From assembly GCF_001194135.2 (NCBI RefSeq), contig NC_069002.1, positions 4,049,535 through 4,113,534 on the forward strand: DNA of 64,000 nt, read 5' to 3'. The notes under the pieces are model-generated. The model did no database searches. It had not been told where the DNA came from and worked only from the letters and a program-made list of their open reading frames with translations. The DNA comes from Octopus bimaculoides (Eukaryota). A program made the translations under genes and the position numbers. Of this stretch, positions 28,453-41,228 are shown piece by piece (positions within the stretch are counted from its first letter, which is position 1; each line of letters starts with the position of its first letter).

Positions 28453-29617
28453 TATATATATATATATATATATATATCAGTTTCCATCTTTCAAATCCAG
28501 TCACAAGGTTGGGCTATTGTAGAAGACACTTGCCCAAGACACCATGCAGTGGCACACACATTCATGCACACATGCATGCACACATGCATGCACGCATGCA
28601 TGCACGCACGTATGTGTGTGCAAGCATGCACACACACACACACACTCAAGTACACGCACACACACACACATCTGCCTACGAAAAGGGTTTAGTTGTCCTG
28701 GGGCTATAGTAGAAGACACGTATCCAAAGTGTCATGCAGTGGGACTGAACCTGTGATGACACAGTTGGTAAGCATGCTTCTTACCACTCAGCCACATCAG
28801 CACCAAGTCTGAGAAACAAAACTATTTGCGTAGCCCATAAGTTGACCCAATTCCAAAATGCTGCCATGCTCTCACTTGGGCCACCTGAGGAATGTGTTTA
28901 TTCACAGGTAAAAGAAATCAGGTCATATTTCATGCTTGATCAGGTTCACATTAAAAGAAATGCTTTAGATCAAGAGATTCAAATTTACTGGGTCATGTAG
29001 ATTGGATTAAAGCATAAACCTGATCTCCCGGACTGGATAAGGGCAAGTATTCTTTAAAACCCTATTCATAATGTTGGCCAAATTAAATGGAATAAAAGTG
29101 TTTGGGGTCAGCTTACACTATGACAGTTCTGGAAGCATGCTAGACGTATGTATTTTACAGGATATCAAACGATTAAAGCTATAAGTTTCTGTTTAAAAAC
29201 AATGAACTGGTGTGGTTAGACTAAATCTTGTTGTGGCTCAGATATGGCTTGGCTTTATGTTTGATTCCCTTGTCCTACACATGAATATCTATATCTACAT
29301 ACCCACTTACACGGGGGGGGGGGGGAGTTGATGTAATCGACTCATACCCTCCCCCAAAACTGCTGCCCTGGTGGTAAAATTCGGAACCATTATTACTATT
29401 ATTATTGGGCAGAAACGTTAGCACGCCGAGCGAAATGCTTAACGGTATTTCGTCTGTCTTTACATTCTGAGTTCAAATTCCGCCGAGGTCGACTTTGCCT
29501 TTCATCCTTTTGGGGTTGATAAATTAAGTACCAGTTACGCACTGGGGTCGATGTCCCTTTGTCTCTCCTTGTTTGTCCCCTCTATGTTTCGCCCCTTGTG
29601 GGCAATAAAGAAATTAA

Positions 29618-29666
<49 letters not shown>

Positions 29667-32600
29667 TAGTTTTATTTTTATAACGTGCTTTCACTTCACT
29701 ACCGAGCGCAGCTCTGTGCGCCNNNNNNNNNNNNNNNNNNNNNNNNNNNNNNNNNNNNNNNNNNNNNNNNNNNNNNNNNNNNNNNNNNNNNNNNNNNNNN
29801 NNNNNNNNNNNNNNNNNNNNNNNNNNNNNNNNNNNNNNNNNNNNNNNNNNNNNNNNNNNNNNNNNNNNNNNNNNNNNNNNNNNNNNNNNNNNNNNNNNNN
29901 NNNNNNNNNNNNNNNNNNNNNNNNNNNNNNNNNNNNNNNNNNNNNNNNNNNNNNNNNNNNNNNNNNNNNNNNNNNNNNNNNNNNNNNNNNNNNNNNNNNN
30001 NNNNNNNNNNNNNNNNNNNNNNNNNNNNNNNNNNNNNNNNNNNNNNNNNNNNNNNNNNNNNNNNNNNNNNNNNNNNNNNNNNNNNNNNNNNNNNNNNNNN
30101 NNNNNNNNNNNNNNNNNNNCCAACTTGAACAGATTAAAACTGTGACGGAACAGAATATGAAATATGGCAGCAGCCTCAGTTCTACTGAGCGTCAAAAGAC
30201 AACACTTTTGATGGAAAATACTTTCATTGAGAAAAACTTAAGTGGAAATGGTAAATCCTGAAACATTGTTTTACTTGTATTTTTTTGTGTTTTTATTTTA
30301 TTTCTATAGGCACAGGTGTGGCTGTGTGGTAAGAAGCTTGCTTTTCAACCACATGGTTCTGGGTTCAGTCCAACTGAATGGCACCTTGGGATAGTGTCTT
30401 CTACTATAGCCTCAGGTCGACCAAAGTCTAGTGAGCAGATTTGGTAGATGGAAACTAAAAGGAGCCTGATGTGTGTATATGTATATATGATGATGATGAT
30501 GATATATATACATGTGTGTTTGTGTGTGTGTGTGTGTTGAATTGTTTGAGTCAGTACAAAAAAAAAACCTGTCTTTAAATTTTCTTTTCTTTTCTTCCTG
30601 TTAGAGAATGGTACTTACCTTGGTCTGGATCTTGGTGGCACCAACCTGCGTCTGTTCCGGGTGAAGTTTGTTAATGGTAAGGCAGACACCTGTCTAAAAT
30701 ATTACAAGATGCCAGCAGAATGCTTTAAGGGTTCCAGTCTTCAGGTAAAAACTTTAAATATTTTGCTTATTTTCGTTAAGCAACAATGGCAACAACAACA
30801 ACAACAACAAGACTAATGACTGTTTCTAATATTGGTACAAGGCCAGATGTTTGGCGGAAAGGGTTAGTTGTTACATTAACCCCAGTACTTAACTAGAACT
30901 TTATTTCATTGATCCTAAAGGGGTCATCTGTCTAACACCCTAACCACCAAGCCATACACCTCCATCGGTCACCTCTTCCATAAGGTTCAATTAGAAGCAG
31001 CTATCTTTATGCTTTCTGGCTGGATTCTCCAAGCATGACCAATGGAGACTATGGATATTATCCAAACATCTCATTCTAGGTCTACGCTTAGGTCTCCCAT
31101 CAGTTGGTTCAGCTTGAAGAATCCATCTTATAATTCTTTCCTGTGATATTCAAATCGCATGTTCCATATTAGTGGAACTGTGACCTCTCAATGTGGAGAA
31201 ATAGCAGCTTGGGGTCGATGTAATTAAGTAGCATCCTCCCCACAACTTTTGAGGCTTTGTGCCTTTAATACAAAGGATTACCATTATTATTATCAAAAGG
31301 GTTAAAGAGAAATGAACAGGGTGAGGAGTTATGATAGAACAATGTCTTACAGAGGAGGAGGTGGAGGAGGTGGAGGAGGAGGAGATAACAATAATATTTA
31401 ATGTTTTTCTGTTCCAGGTATTTGAATTTATGGCTGACTGTATCAAAGAATTTCTAACTTATGATAACCTTGATAATTGTGGACGTCTGCCATTGGGTAA
31501 ACTGACTTCTGTTAATCCTAGAAATATCTTAACATCTTTCAAATCTCCTTTTTCTTTCCTTTCTGCTTCACTTTTTGTATTCTTTTCCTTGCCTTCTTCT
31601 ACTGCCCCCTACACCCTCTCCTCTCCTCCCTCCCTCCCCTNNNNNNNNNNNNNNNNNNNNNNNNNNNNNNNNNNNNNNNNNNNNNNNNNNNNNNNNNNNN
31701 NNNNNNNNNNNNNNNNNNNNNNNNNNNNNNNNNNNNNNNNNNNNNNNNNNNNNNNNNNNNNNNNNNNNNNNNNNNNNNNNNNNNNNNNNNNNNNNNNNNC
31801 CCTCCTTCCTCCTCTTTCTCCATCACCCACCTCCTTTCTTCTATGTTTTTCTTCTTCTTCACCTTTTTGGCTTTTGTTTTCCCCCTCATTTTTTTTAAAA
31901 ACCATACTGTCTTAATAGGGGGGAAGGCACAGTGGCTGAATCATTAAGGTGTATGTCTCATTGGTTATAAGATTGTAAGTTCAGTTCCTGGACTGGGCAG
32001 CACATTTTTGTGTCCTTGAGCAAGCCACTACTTTGTTCCAGAAGTCTGCAGATCTGTATTGAGAACCAACCAGGTGCTGGTACAGCCCTCTCTCTCTGTC
32101 CAGTTGTCACATTCTGGACGTTCTGCTGGATTAAAGATAAGCAGGGCTGAGAGGGTTTCTATGTCTACCTCTGACTACACAAGCATCTAAAGCAATTAGT
32201 GAAAGCATGGTACATGTAAAGCTTAAAAGCTTAATCATCCCCTTTAGTCATGAATGACCATGGGATTGTACCTAGAAAGTTACCCTACGAGGCACAAGTC
32301 CAGGCGAGGTTGTTTATGGAAGACCAGCAGTCACCCATGCATGCCAACCTCTCCTCTCCACTCCACCGATGTTATCCAAAGGCTGTTATTACTTTCGAGA
32401 CAGTACTTCTTGATGCACCAAACATTTCAGCTGTTTTCGTTACGCTAGCGCCTGCCATACAAGCACCAACAATTTGACCTCTTTGAAAGTCCGATAGATC
32501 TGTCATTTTAATGAATTTTAATTACCTTTTCCTGAGGATATCTGAAAGAAGCAGCAATTTTAGCAAAACATATTAAGCAACACTAATAATAAATCAAAAA

Positions 32601-35600
32601 ACATAAAAATAAATAAGCTTTTAACAGTTTTATAGATATTTTAAAATTATGATGCTAGGTGTTTCCATTATTTTGTCCAACCTCTGTATGTGTGTATGCC
32701 TGTTTCTGTGTGTGTGTGTGTATGTGGACCATACAGCCATTAAGTAAATCATACAACCACCTACCACACACTCCCTAATTAATTAAACTGAACTAAATCT
32801 AATCCCTTCCAATGCATTCAGGCTTCACATTTTCATTTCCCTCAACGAAGAAGAGTCTGACCGATGTGGAACTGATTATCTGGACGAAAACCTTCAAATG
32901 CACCGATGGCCCTGGAATGAATGTTGGTCAAACACTTGAAGACTGCTTGAAGAGAAAGGTTTGTGGTTAACCTTCCTTTGTTTCTATGTTGGTAATTGTG
33001 TCTTGTAATTTATCATTCGTTTAATATTCTACTAACATCAAAGGGCAGCGAACTGGCAGAATCATTAGCAGGCTGAGTGAAATGCTTAGCGGTATTTCGC
33101 CTGTCGTTACGTTCTGAGTTCAAATTCCACCAAGGTCGACTTTGCCTTTCATCCTTTTGGGATTAATCAAATAAGTACCAGTTATGCACTGGGTTGATGT
33201 AACCCCTTCCCCGTAACTGCTGGCCTTATGTGACAATTTGAAACCAAAGTTCGACTGCAATGTTGATATTTCTCTGTCTTTGTCTTTCTCTCTCAACAGA
33301 ATATTCCAGTTGATTTGGTGGCAATAATAAGTGATGTTACAGCCGCCTTGGTCGCTGGTCACTACTTGGACAAGCAGAGTTGTATTGGACTCATACTTGG
33401 TATGTATGTATGCATATATATATTTATATNNNNNNNNNNNNNNNNNNNNNNNNNNNNNNNNNNNNNNNNNNNNNNNNNNNNNNNNNNNNNNNNNNNNNNN
33501 NNNNNNNNNNNNNNNNNNNNNNNNNNNNNNNNNNNNNNNNNNNNNNNNNNNNNNNNNNNNNNNNNNNNNNNNNNNNNNNNNNNNNNNNNNNNNNNNNNNN
33601 NNNNNNNNNNNNNNNNNNNNNNNNNNNNNNNNNNNNNNNNNNNNNNNNNNNNNNNNNNNNNNNNNNNNNNNNNNNNNNNNNNNNNNNNNNNNNNNNNNNN
33701 NNNNNNNNNNNNNNNNNNNNNNNNNNNNNNNNNNNNNNNNNNNNNNNNNNNNNNNNNNNNNNNNNNNNNNNNNNNNNNNNNNNNNNNNNNNNNNNNNNNN
33801 NNNNNNNNNNNNNNNNNNNNNNNNNNNNNNNNNNNNNNNNNNNNNNNNNNNNNNNNNNNNNNNNNNNNNNNNNNNNNNNNNNNNNNNNNNNNNNNNNNNN
33901 NNNNNNNNNNNNNNNNNNNNNNNNNNNNNNNNNNNNNNNNNNNNNNNNNNNNNNNNNNNNNNNNNNNNNNNNNNNNNNNNNNNNNNNNNNNNNNNNNNNN
34001 NNNNNNNNNNNNNNNNNNNNNNNNNNNNNNNNNNNNNNNNNNNNNNNNNNNNNNNNNNNNNNNNNNNNNNNNNNNNNNNNNNNNNNNNNNNNNNNNNNNN
34101 NNNNNNNNNNNNNNNNNNNNNNNNNNNNNNNNNNNNNNNNNNNNNNNNNNNNNNNNNNNNNNNNNNNNNNNNNNNNNNNNNNNNNNNNNNNNNNNNNNNN
34201 NNATATATATATATATATAGCTGTGTATATATGTGTGTGTGTATAGATTTGTCTATACAGCTTTACTGGGGCACTGCTTTGAAGGGTCTAATTAAACAAA
34301 TTGACCCCAGAATTTATTTCAAATCTAGTACTTGTTCTATTGATTTCTTTGTGCCAAACTGCTAAGTCATGGGGATGTAAGCAAACCAACACTGGCTCTC
34401 AAGTGGTGGTTGGGAATAAACACACGCACACACACAAACCCTGTAAACCTAACCTTATTTCTTCTTGTTCTCTATTTTGCCCAGGAACTGGCTGTAATGT
34501 CTGCTACATAGAAAATGTTAAATCCATCGAGAAATGGCAAAGTGAGACTGACAAATCAAAAAAGGTTTTTATTTAATGTTTCCCTGTTAATGTCTGTATC
34601 TTGTTCTTTTTCTGAGCAACCATCTGTATGTATATAGTGGGGTGCGAATGTAGGTATACAGTAAGTGTCACCTCGATGTGATAATATTTAATTCATTAAA
34701 ATTATTAACACATTAAATCAGACCCATTTTTGATATTTTTCAGTGCCATTAATCATAATAATATATTTATCATAACTATAATAATACTTTTATCATAACA
34801 GGTCATCATCAATATTGAATGGGGAGGTCTGTCTGATACTGGATGCCTGAGTTTCATCCAAAATGAATTCGACTACGAAGTAGATAAACTTTCCAACCAT
34901 GTTAACTCGTTCACGTACGTAAACCTTATTTCCTTCTTTGGTCACATGATCTCCTTGTCTTTGAACAATTTCACGGTTCTCTCTCTTTTCTTTGTTTTCA
35001 AATAAACTAGTAAAAAACACTGATCCTTCATGCCACACAAAAAGCACTGGTAACGGCGCCATGTAAAAAGCACTGGTAATATGGTACTATGTAAGAATAT
35101 GTAAATGGTAATGAAAGTGTTAGTAACGATCATCATCATCCTCATCAATATTTAACAGTTGCAGCTGTTATGTTCCAAAAACCCTCGTGATAGGTGAAGA
35201 TCCGTGAAGTAGAAACTGTACTGTACTGCATATATATTTATTAAATATTTTTATAATTTATATATATTTATTTTATTATAAATGCAAAACAACACCATGG
35301 AGGAATTGATTAAAGCTTAAATAATAAACCATGATAGATGAACCGTGATATGGTGAAGGATTACTGTAATAATAATGATGTTAATTATTTTTTATTTTTC
35401 TACATTTTTAATTGCAGATTTGAGAAGATGTTTTCAGGCCTTTATCTCGGTGAATTGGTGCGGCAGGTTTTGGCCGACCTGACAAAGAAGAAAATCCTGT
35501 TTAAAGGTGAGGGGTCTGACAAGCTATTTACCCCCTGGTCATGGGACACATCAAATGTATCAGACATTGAAAGGTATATAAAATTGTATTTTATATTTAT

Positions 35601-36395
35601 TTATATATTTTCAAACTTATTTTTGTAAATGTTTTAAAAATAGTTGCTGGTGTGGCTGTGTGGTGAAGATGTTTGCTTCCCAGCCACATGGTTTTGGGTT
35701 CGGTCCCACTGCATGGCACTTCAGGCAAGTGTCTTCTACTCTAGGTGACCAAAGCACTGTGAGTGGATTTGGTTGATGAAAACTGAAAGAGAACCATTAT
35801 GTGTATGCGTGTGTCTGTGAGTGTGCATGCATGTGTGTGTGTGTGTGTTTGTACTTGTGTGTGTGTGTTTGTGTTTGTATGCTTCTTATGGATTAATGTT
35901 GACTAGCATTGATTTAAATGTTTAGCAGAATGGTAACACATCTTTGTGAAACCCCGTCATCATTGATTCCATGTTTGCAAAGTTGGGCCAGTACTTGTGT
36001 TAGGCCACATGTAACATTCTGGGTTAACCTTCCCTTCTTGGACATGTGTATGGCTGTGTACATATATGTGTGTGTGTCTGTGTGTGTAGCCCAAAGAAAT
36101 TCATCAAAACTAAATGAATGATTAGAACTGTTGTTGTTGTTTTAGAGACAAAGATGGAAGTGATGAAAATACTAAGAAAGTTCTAGATTCCTTTGATCTT
36201 GGAGGAGTAACATCAAAGAGAGATCTGGTACTCGTTCAGTTTGTCTGTTCTTTCATGTCTCAAAGAGGAGCCTATGTTCTGTCAGCAGGTAACTTCATTC
36301 ATTCATATTTTTTACATCACGCCCACCAAGCCTTCTTCCCTTAACCCTTTTGTGTGTGTGTGTGTGTATATATACATATATAAACAGGAAGAGAT

Positions 36396-36430
<35 letters not shown>

Positions 36431-36477
36431 CCCCACCCATGCCATAACAGAAGGCGGACGTTAAACGATGATGATGA

Positions 36478-36509
<32 letters not shown>

Positions 36510-36982
36510 NNNNNNNNNNNNNNNNNNNNNNNNNNNNNNNNNNNNNNNNNNNNNNNNNNNNNNNNNNNNNNNNNNNNNNNNNNNNNNNNNNNNNNNNNNN
36601 NNNNNNNNNNNNNNNNNNNNNNNNNNNNNNNNNNNNNNNNNNNNNNNNNNNNNNNNNNNNNNNNNNNNNNNNNNNNNNNNNNNNNNNNNNNNNNNNNNNN
36701 NNNNNNNNNNNNNNNNNNNNNNNNNNNNNNNNNNNNNNNNNNNNNNNNNNNNNNNNNNNNNNNNNNNNNNNNNNNNNNNNNNNNNNNNNNNNNNNNNNNN
36801 NNNNNNNNNNNNNNNNNNNNNNNNNNNTATATATGTATATATATCACAAATTTTAAAATTCAAAATGTTTTAAATCCTATTAAATTTTCTGCCTTATTTT
36901 TTGCATTTTTCAGGCAAACATAGTTTTGGTGAAAGACTCCAGTGTGCAGGGGTGTGCATTTGCTGCAGCAATAGTGGAATAA
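28028..36982 (+). CDS. HK: Hexokinase, single ~50 kDa-type domain, divergent invertebrate form; partly hidden by gaps
   Basis: In-phase exons: 28028-28096 (probable first coding exon, less certain), <30121-30250 (5' end in gap 29723-30119), 30605-30744, 31418-31496, 32822-32958, 33300-33399, 34485-34564, 34802-34914, 35418-35573, 36146-36288, [one exon missing, probably in gap 36510-36827], 36914-36982 (TAA). Motifs LGLDLGGTN, LGFTFSFP, WTKTF, LILGTGCN, INIEWG, FEKMFSGLYLGELVR. Confidence 0.93.
29723..30119. other. Assembly gap truncating a hexokinase exon (one of 12 N-runs)
   Basis: N-runs at about 6552-6936, 18500-19251, 20187-20231, 20986-20995, 22191-22200, 26869-27658, 29723-30119, 31621-31799, 33430-34202, 36510-36827, 56200-56280, 62108-62617. 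Confidence 0.98.
30960..31200 (-). mobile_element. RTE-clade LINE, decayed C-terminal ORF fragment, in a hexokinase intron
   Basis: Minus-strand translation SQERIIRWILQAEPTDGRPKRRPRMRCLDNIHSLHWSCL, preceded in another frame by IERSQ; this resembles the RTE post-RT C-terminus (GHV.RM..R.P...L....G.RPRGRP..RW.D). Confidence 0.75.
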
Positions 36983-38059
36983 ACACAAGTATTTCACAGG
37001 GCAGCAGTTTGCACTCCATTCTGCAGTTTATCACAATGCAACACTTTTTAAATGGTGTCAATGAATGAGAAACAGAGATAAAAATAAGTAATAATATACT
37101 AATACCCCTTACACAACTTGTTTAATAATCCTAGAATATTTCAGAACAAATTCCCTTTTGCATATTCCATATTTTCCAGCATACAAGTCAACATAGTTTA
37201 TAGTGTAAACATTCAAACATCATCATTATCTTTCCAAATCCTGCTGTATTTCACATGGAAGTTTTTGTTCACTGAAATAGTCTCGGCATATAAGTCAACC
37301 TTCCTGTTTTTGGATGTAAATTTTGGTTTGAAAAATTTGACTGTAAGGTGGAAAATATGGTATATACATGTTATATGGTATATATATAAAGCAATATTAT
37401 TTATTTTTAATAAAAAAAAAATAAACCAAGACCATATTCTTATTTCCCAGGTCAAATTATTCATGTATGCTAAGTGTGGTACATACAGATTGATCCAGAA
37501 GTTTGGCCATGCATAGAGGACACACACACAGACAATGTATTTTATATAGTAAGATACACGTTCCACAGATTCTAATTTATGCAATGTTCTGTATGGATAT
37601 ATAAATGGTAAACTGGAAGAATCGTTAGCATGTTAGACAAAATGCTTAGAAAAATTTCTTCCAGTTCTGTACGTTCTTAATTCAAATCTCACTGAGGTCA
37701 ACTTTGCTTTACAACCCTGGGGTGGGTGATGATAAAATGAAGTACCAGTGGTCTCATTAGTGATAGTGTCAGAGAAAAAGCACTGAGCACACGCACTGTG
37801 AAGTGTTTGGCTTGAGGAAGCGCATCCAGCAGTAGAGATCTTGCTAAAGAAGACATTGGAATTTGGTGCAATCCTCTGGCTTGTCAGTTCCTCTTGAACT
37901 GTCCAACAAACGTGTGTGTGTGTACATGTACATACATATGTGTGTGTGTGTGTGTGTGTAGGTAGGTATATAGAGATGTGCAAATTCATATTTCTTCCAA
38001 CAAAATCATACACATATACATATACGCATACATAGAGTGAGATTAATACAGAAAGAAGG

Positions 38060-38188
<129 letters not shown>

Positions 38189-38408
38189 ATAAATTGATGC
38201 ATTGTGAGATACTGGTGATGGATGTATTTTGATACAGTTTAAAGGCTAATGACTAATGACTTGTGTGTTCTGTAAACCCCGGTGTGTTTATTGCTTCACA
38301 GGCAAAAATGGGAAAACTTTTATCTTCATTTGAATTATGTTAAGTGTGCCACCAGGCCATAACAGCTGTTACATTTATAACTATTGGGTGATGAGATTTA
38401 TATGTGTA

Positions 38409-38461
<53 letters not shown>

Positions 38462-39715
38462 GTTATGGGTAATAAGATATTGAATGACATAAGATGATTG
38501 GTGCTTATAATAATTAGTGTTCAGGTGGCAAGTTGTTGGGTTCAGCATATTATCCTCCATTTTCTAATATGTGTATATATAATATACATATATTATATAT
38601 ATTATATTCATACATATAATATGTATATATTGGTTTGAATATGGGGACCTAATACATAGATTTCATACCAATTAGACCTTCATCAGGTGTTTATGTCACC
38701 AGGGCTAATTAACCTGTCATTATATATAAAAACATTTTGTGTATCAACTCCTGACTTTGTTGTTTGTTTGTTTCTTTTTTTTTTTACATAACACACGTTA
38801 TAATATTCATGATGGTTCCTTTGCCTTGTTGTTTCCTTTTATGTTATATTGTATTTTTGTATGGTTAGGACAATAATAAAGATGATGACAGCAAGAATGA
38901 TGAAAGCAACAAACATGGTGGTGATAGGAGTTTTTGTTTTTGTAGCCCAAATTAGTGTTAAGCAAAAAGCACCCAGTACACTCTGTAAATTGGTTAGCAT
39001 TGGGAAGGGCATCAACATTAGAGCTTGGCACAGACTTCTGGCTTGTCAGTTCCTCTTGAACTGTCCAACTCATGCCAGTATGATGATCCAAACGATCTGA
39101 AGGTCTGAAGGCACATAGCTTGTTTGGTTCATGATCTCAGGTCACAAGTTCAATTCTTGGTGAAATGTTGTGTTCTTGAGCAAGACACTTTATTTCACTC
39201 AACTGGCAAAAATGAGTTGTACCTGTATCGCAAAGGACCGGCCTCGTCACATTCTATGTCATGCTGAATCTCACTGAGAACTATGTTAAGGGTACATATG
39301 TCTGTGGTGTGCTCAACCACTTGCATGTTAATTCCCATGGAGGCTGTTCCGTTGATTGGATCAAGTGAAACGCTTGTCGTCGTAACCAATGGAGTGTCAG
39401 TCAAAATCTAACATGGAAAGAATTGCAGCATTCACCTCTGTGACCTCAGCTTTTAAAAACAACAGAGACTTGAGAGCAATTTGGTTGGTCGACCTTGGTG
39501 GAATTTGAACTCAGAACATAAAGATGGGCAAAATATTGCTAAGCGTTTTACCTGGCATGCTAACAATTCTGCCAGCTCGCTGCCTTCACAACAACAACAA
39601 CAACAGCACAGTGCATGGAATGTATTGGAAAGAACTTTAAAATAAATCTTTATTAGTCTGTACAATTTTGCTGTTTGACAGTAGGAGGGAAGTAGTGAAG
39701 TGGTGGGGAGAGGAG

Positions 39716-40505
39716 CTATGTTTTAACTTCATATCGAAGAGGTATAGAATAGTTCTGGATTTTGCCTTGACCGCATACCTGTAATGTGCGTGGGTGTAAT
39801 TCGACTGTGGCAAAGCAGCTAGTGTCTGGTGAGGTTTCGATAACTCCAGGGAATGTGATGTGGTAGATACCTTTAGGATCGATGGCAAAGCCACCCTGGT
39901 GCTCATGCCCGGCAAAATAAGCCAGCACACAATTGAAGCTGGAGATTAACTTGAGGATGGCAGCAGAATCCCAGCAGAGACTTTTAATGTTGCAAGACTT
40001 GATGTAAACTGGACAGTGGCCTGTAGAAATGAAAGTAAGAAATGATTTCTGATAATTGCAAAGAAACAGAGGACATATAATAAAAAATGGATCTGTTGAA
40101 AAAGAGAAAGTTAATAAAAAAATCTGTGAACCAATCTGAACAGATTCCCAAAAAACAAATAAATAGAAGGTAGTTTCAGCTGGTCATGTTGCTGGAATGA
40201 GACCTTGTCTCTCTCTCTTTCTCTCTCTCTGTCATGGTTCAGTGGTTTTTGGGACTGGTCTATAACTTAAATCATATACTAAATATACTTATATATATAT
40301 ATATGATCATCATCATCATTGTCATTTAACGTCCACTTTCCATGCTGGCATGGGTTGGATGGTTTGGCTGAGGACTGGCCCCCTCCCACCAAATTTCGGG
40401 CCTTGTACCTAGAGTAGAAAAGTATATAGAAGTGATTGTGCTTTTTTTGAGCAAAACATTGTATTTACCGTAGTTACTTGAATACTGGACAAAATGGCTC
40501 TCTCT

Positions 40506-40541
<36 letters not shown>

Positions 40542-41228
40542 TAAATTAATTCTAAAGACAAAATTTTGAAACTTACCACAGATCACAACGTTTTGATGCA
40601 GTTCTTCAGCCTGTTGCAGAGATGCAGATATCCATTCCATCTGGGCTTTTCCGATGGCACCATTATATGCAACAACCATGCACGTGGAATCATCAAGACC
40701 ATCTGAACAATTGATGTCTTTGTTTGTGTTCACTTTAAACATTTCCTTTGCCTCTTGGTAATTTGGACACAACTGGTCAATCATATTGACAGCATAACAA
40801 TCAAGAATAAGGAATTTCAAGGACTTGTGTGGTGTGAAAGAATAATAGCCTCTACCAGGAATATTTTTACAAGCCTTGTTTAAAGAACTGTTCAGTATAG
40901 AGTTGAGAAGTTCTTCGTGGGTAAAATTATAGAATTCATGATTTCCCCAAACATGGTAGACATTTCTGGGGAATTTAGAAAATGCTTTTTTCATGCATGC
41001 TAAAGCACGATCTCTTTGGTTGTTCCGTTTGTTGTAGCCATCTAAGAGGTCACCAAGCTGTAGGATAAATGATACCTCGTTGGCGGACTGCATCCAGTAG
41101 TTGATAGCTTTGCTTGTCTGTTCCAATGAGGCACGAAAATGCCGTTTGTTGATTTTAAAAAAGTCGTAGCCATCCTCTCTGTCTGCATACTGAATGTCTG
41201 TGATTATACCGAATGACAGAAGAACCAT
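39716..41228 (-). CDS. ADPRM: Mn2+-dependent ADP-ribose/CDP-alcohol diphosphatase (metallophosphoesterase), complete, 318 aa
   Basis: Two coding exons, 41228-40577 (donor GTAAGT) and 40020-39716 (acceptor TTTCTACAG, TAG stop); 957 nt. Motifs FGIITDIQYAD, LQLGDLLDG, VWGNHEFYNF, YNG, GHCP, FAGHEH, GVIETSPD match the ADPRM family. The ATG at 41228 is 8 nt after an acceptor (exon starts 41236), so the ORF-track start at 41261 is intronic. Confidence 0.96.

Noticed and set aside
40326-40576. C-terminal extension of the 311-aa ADPRM ORF in the track
   Set aside because: Read-through into the intron after the GTAAGT donor; the true C-terminus is exon 40020-39716.
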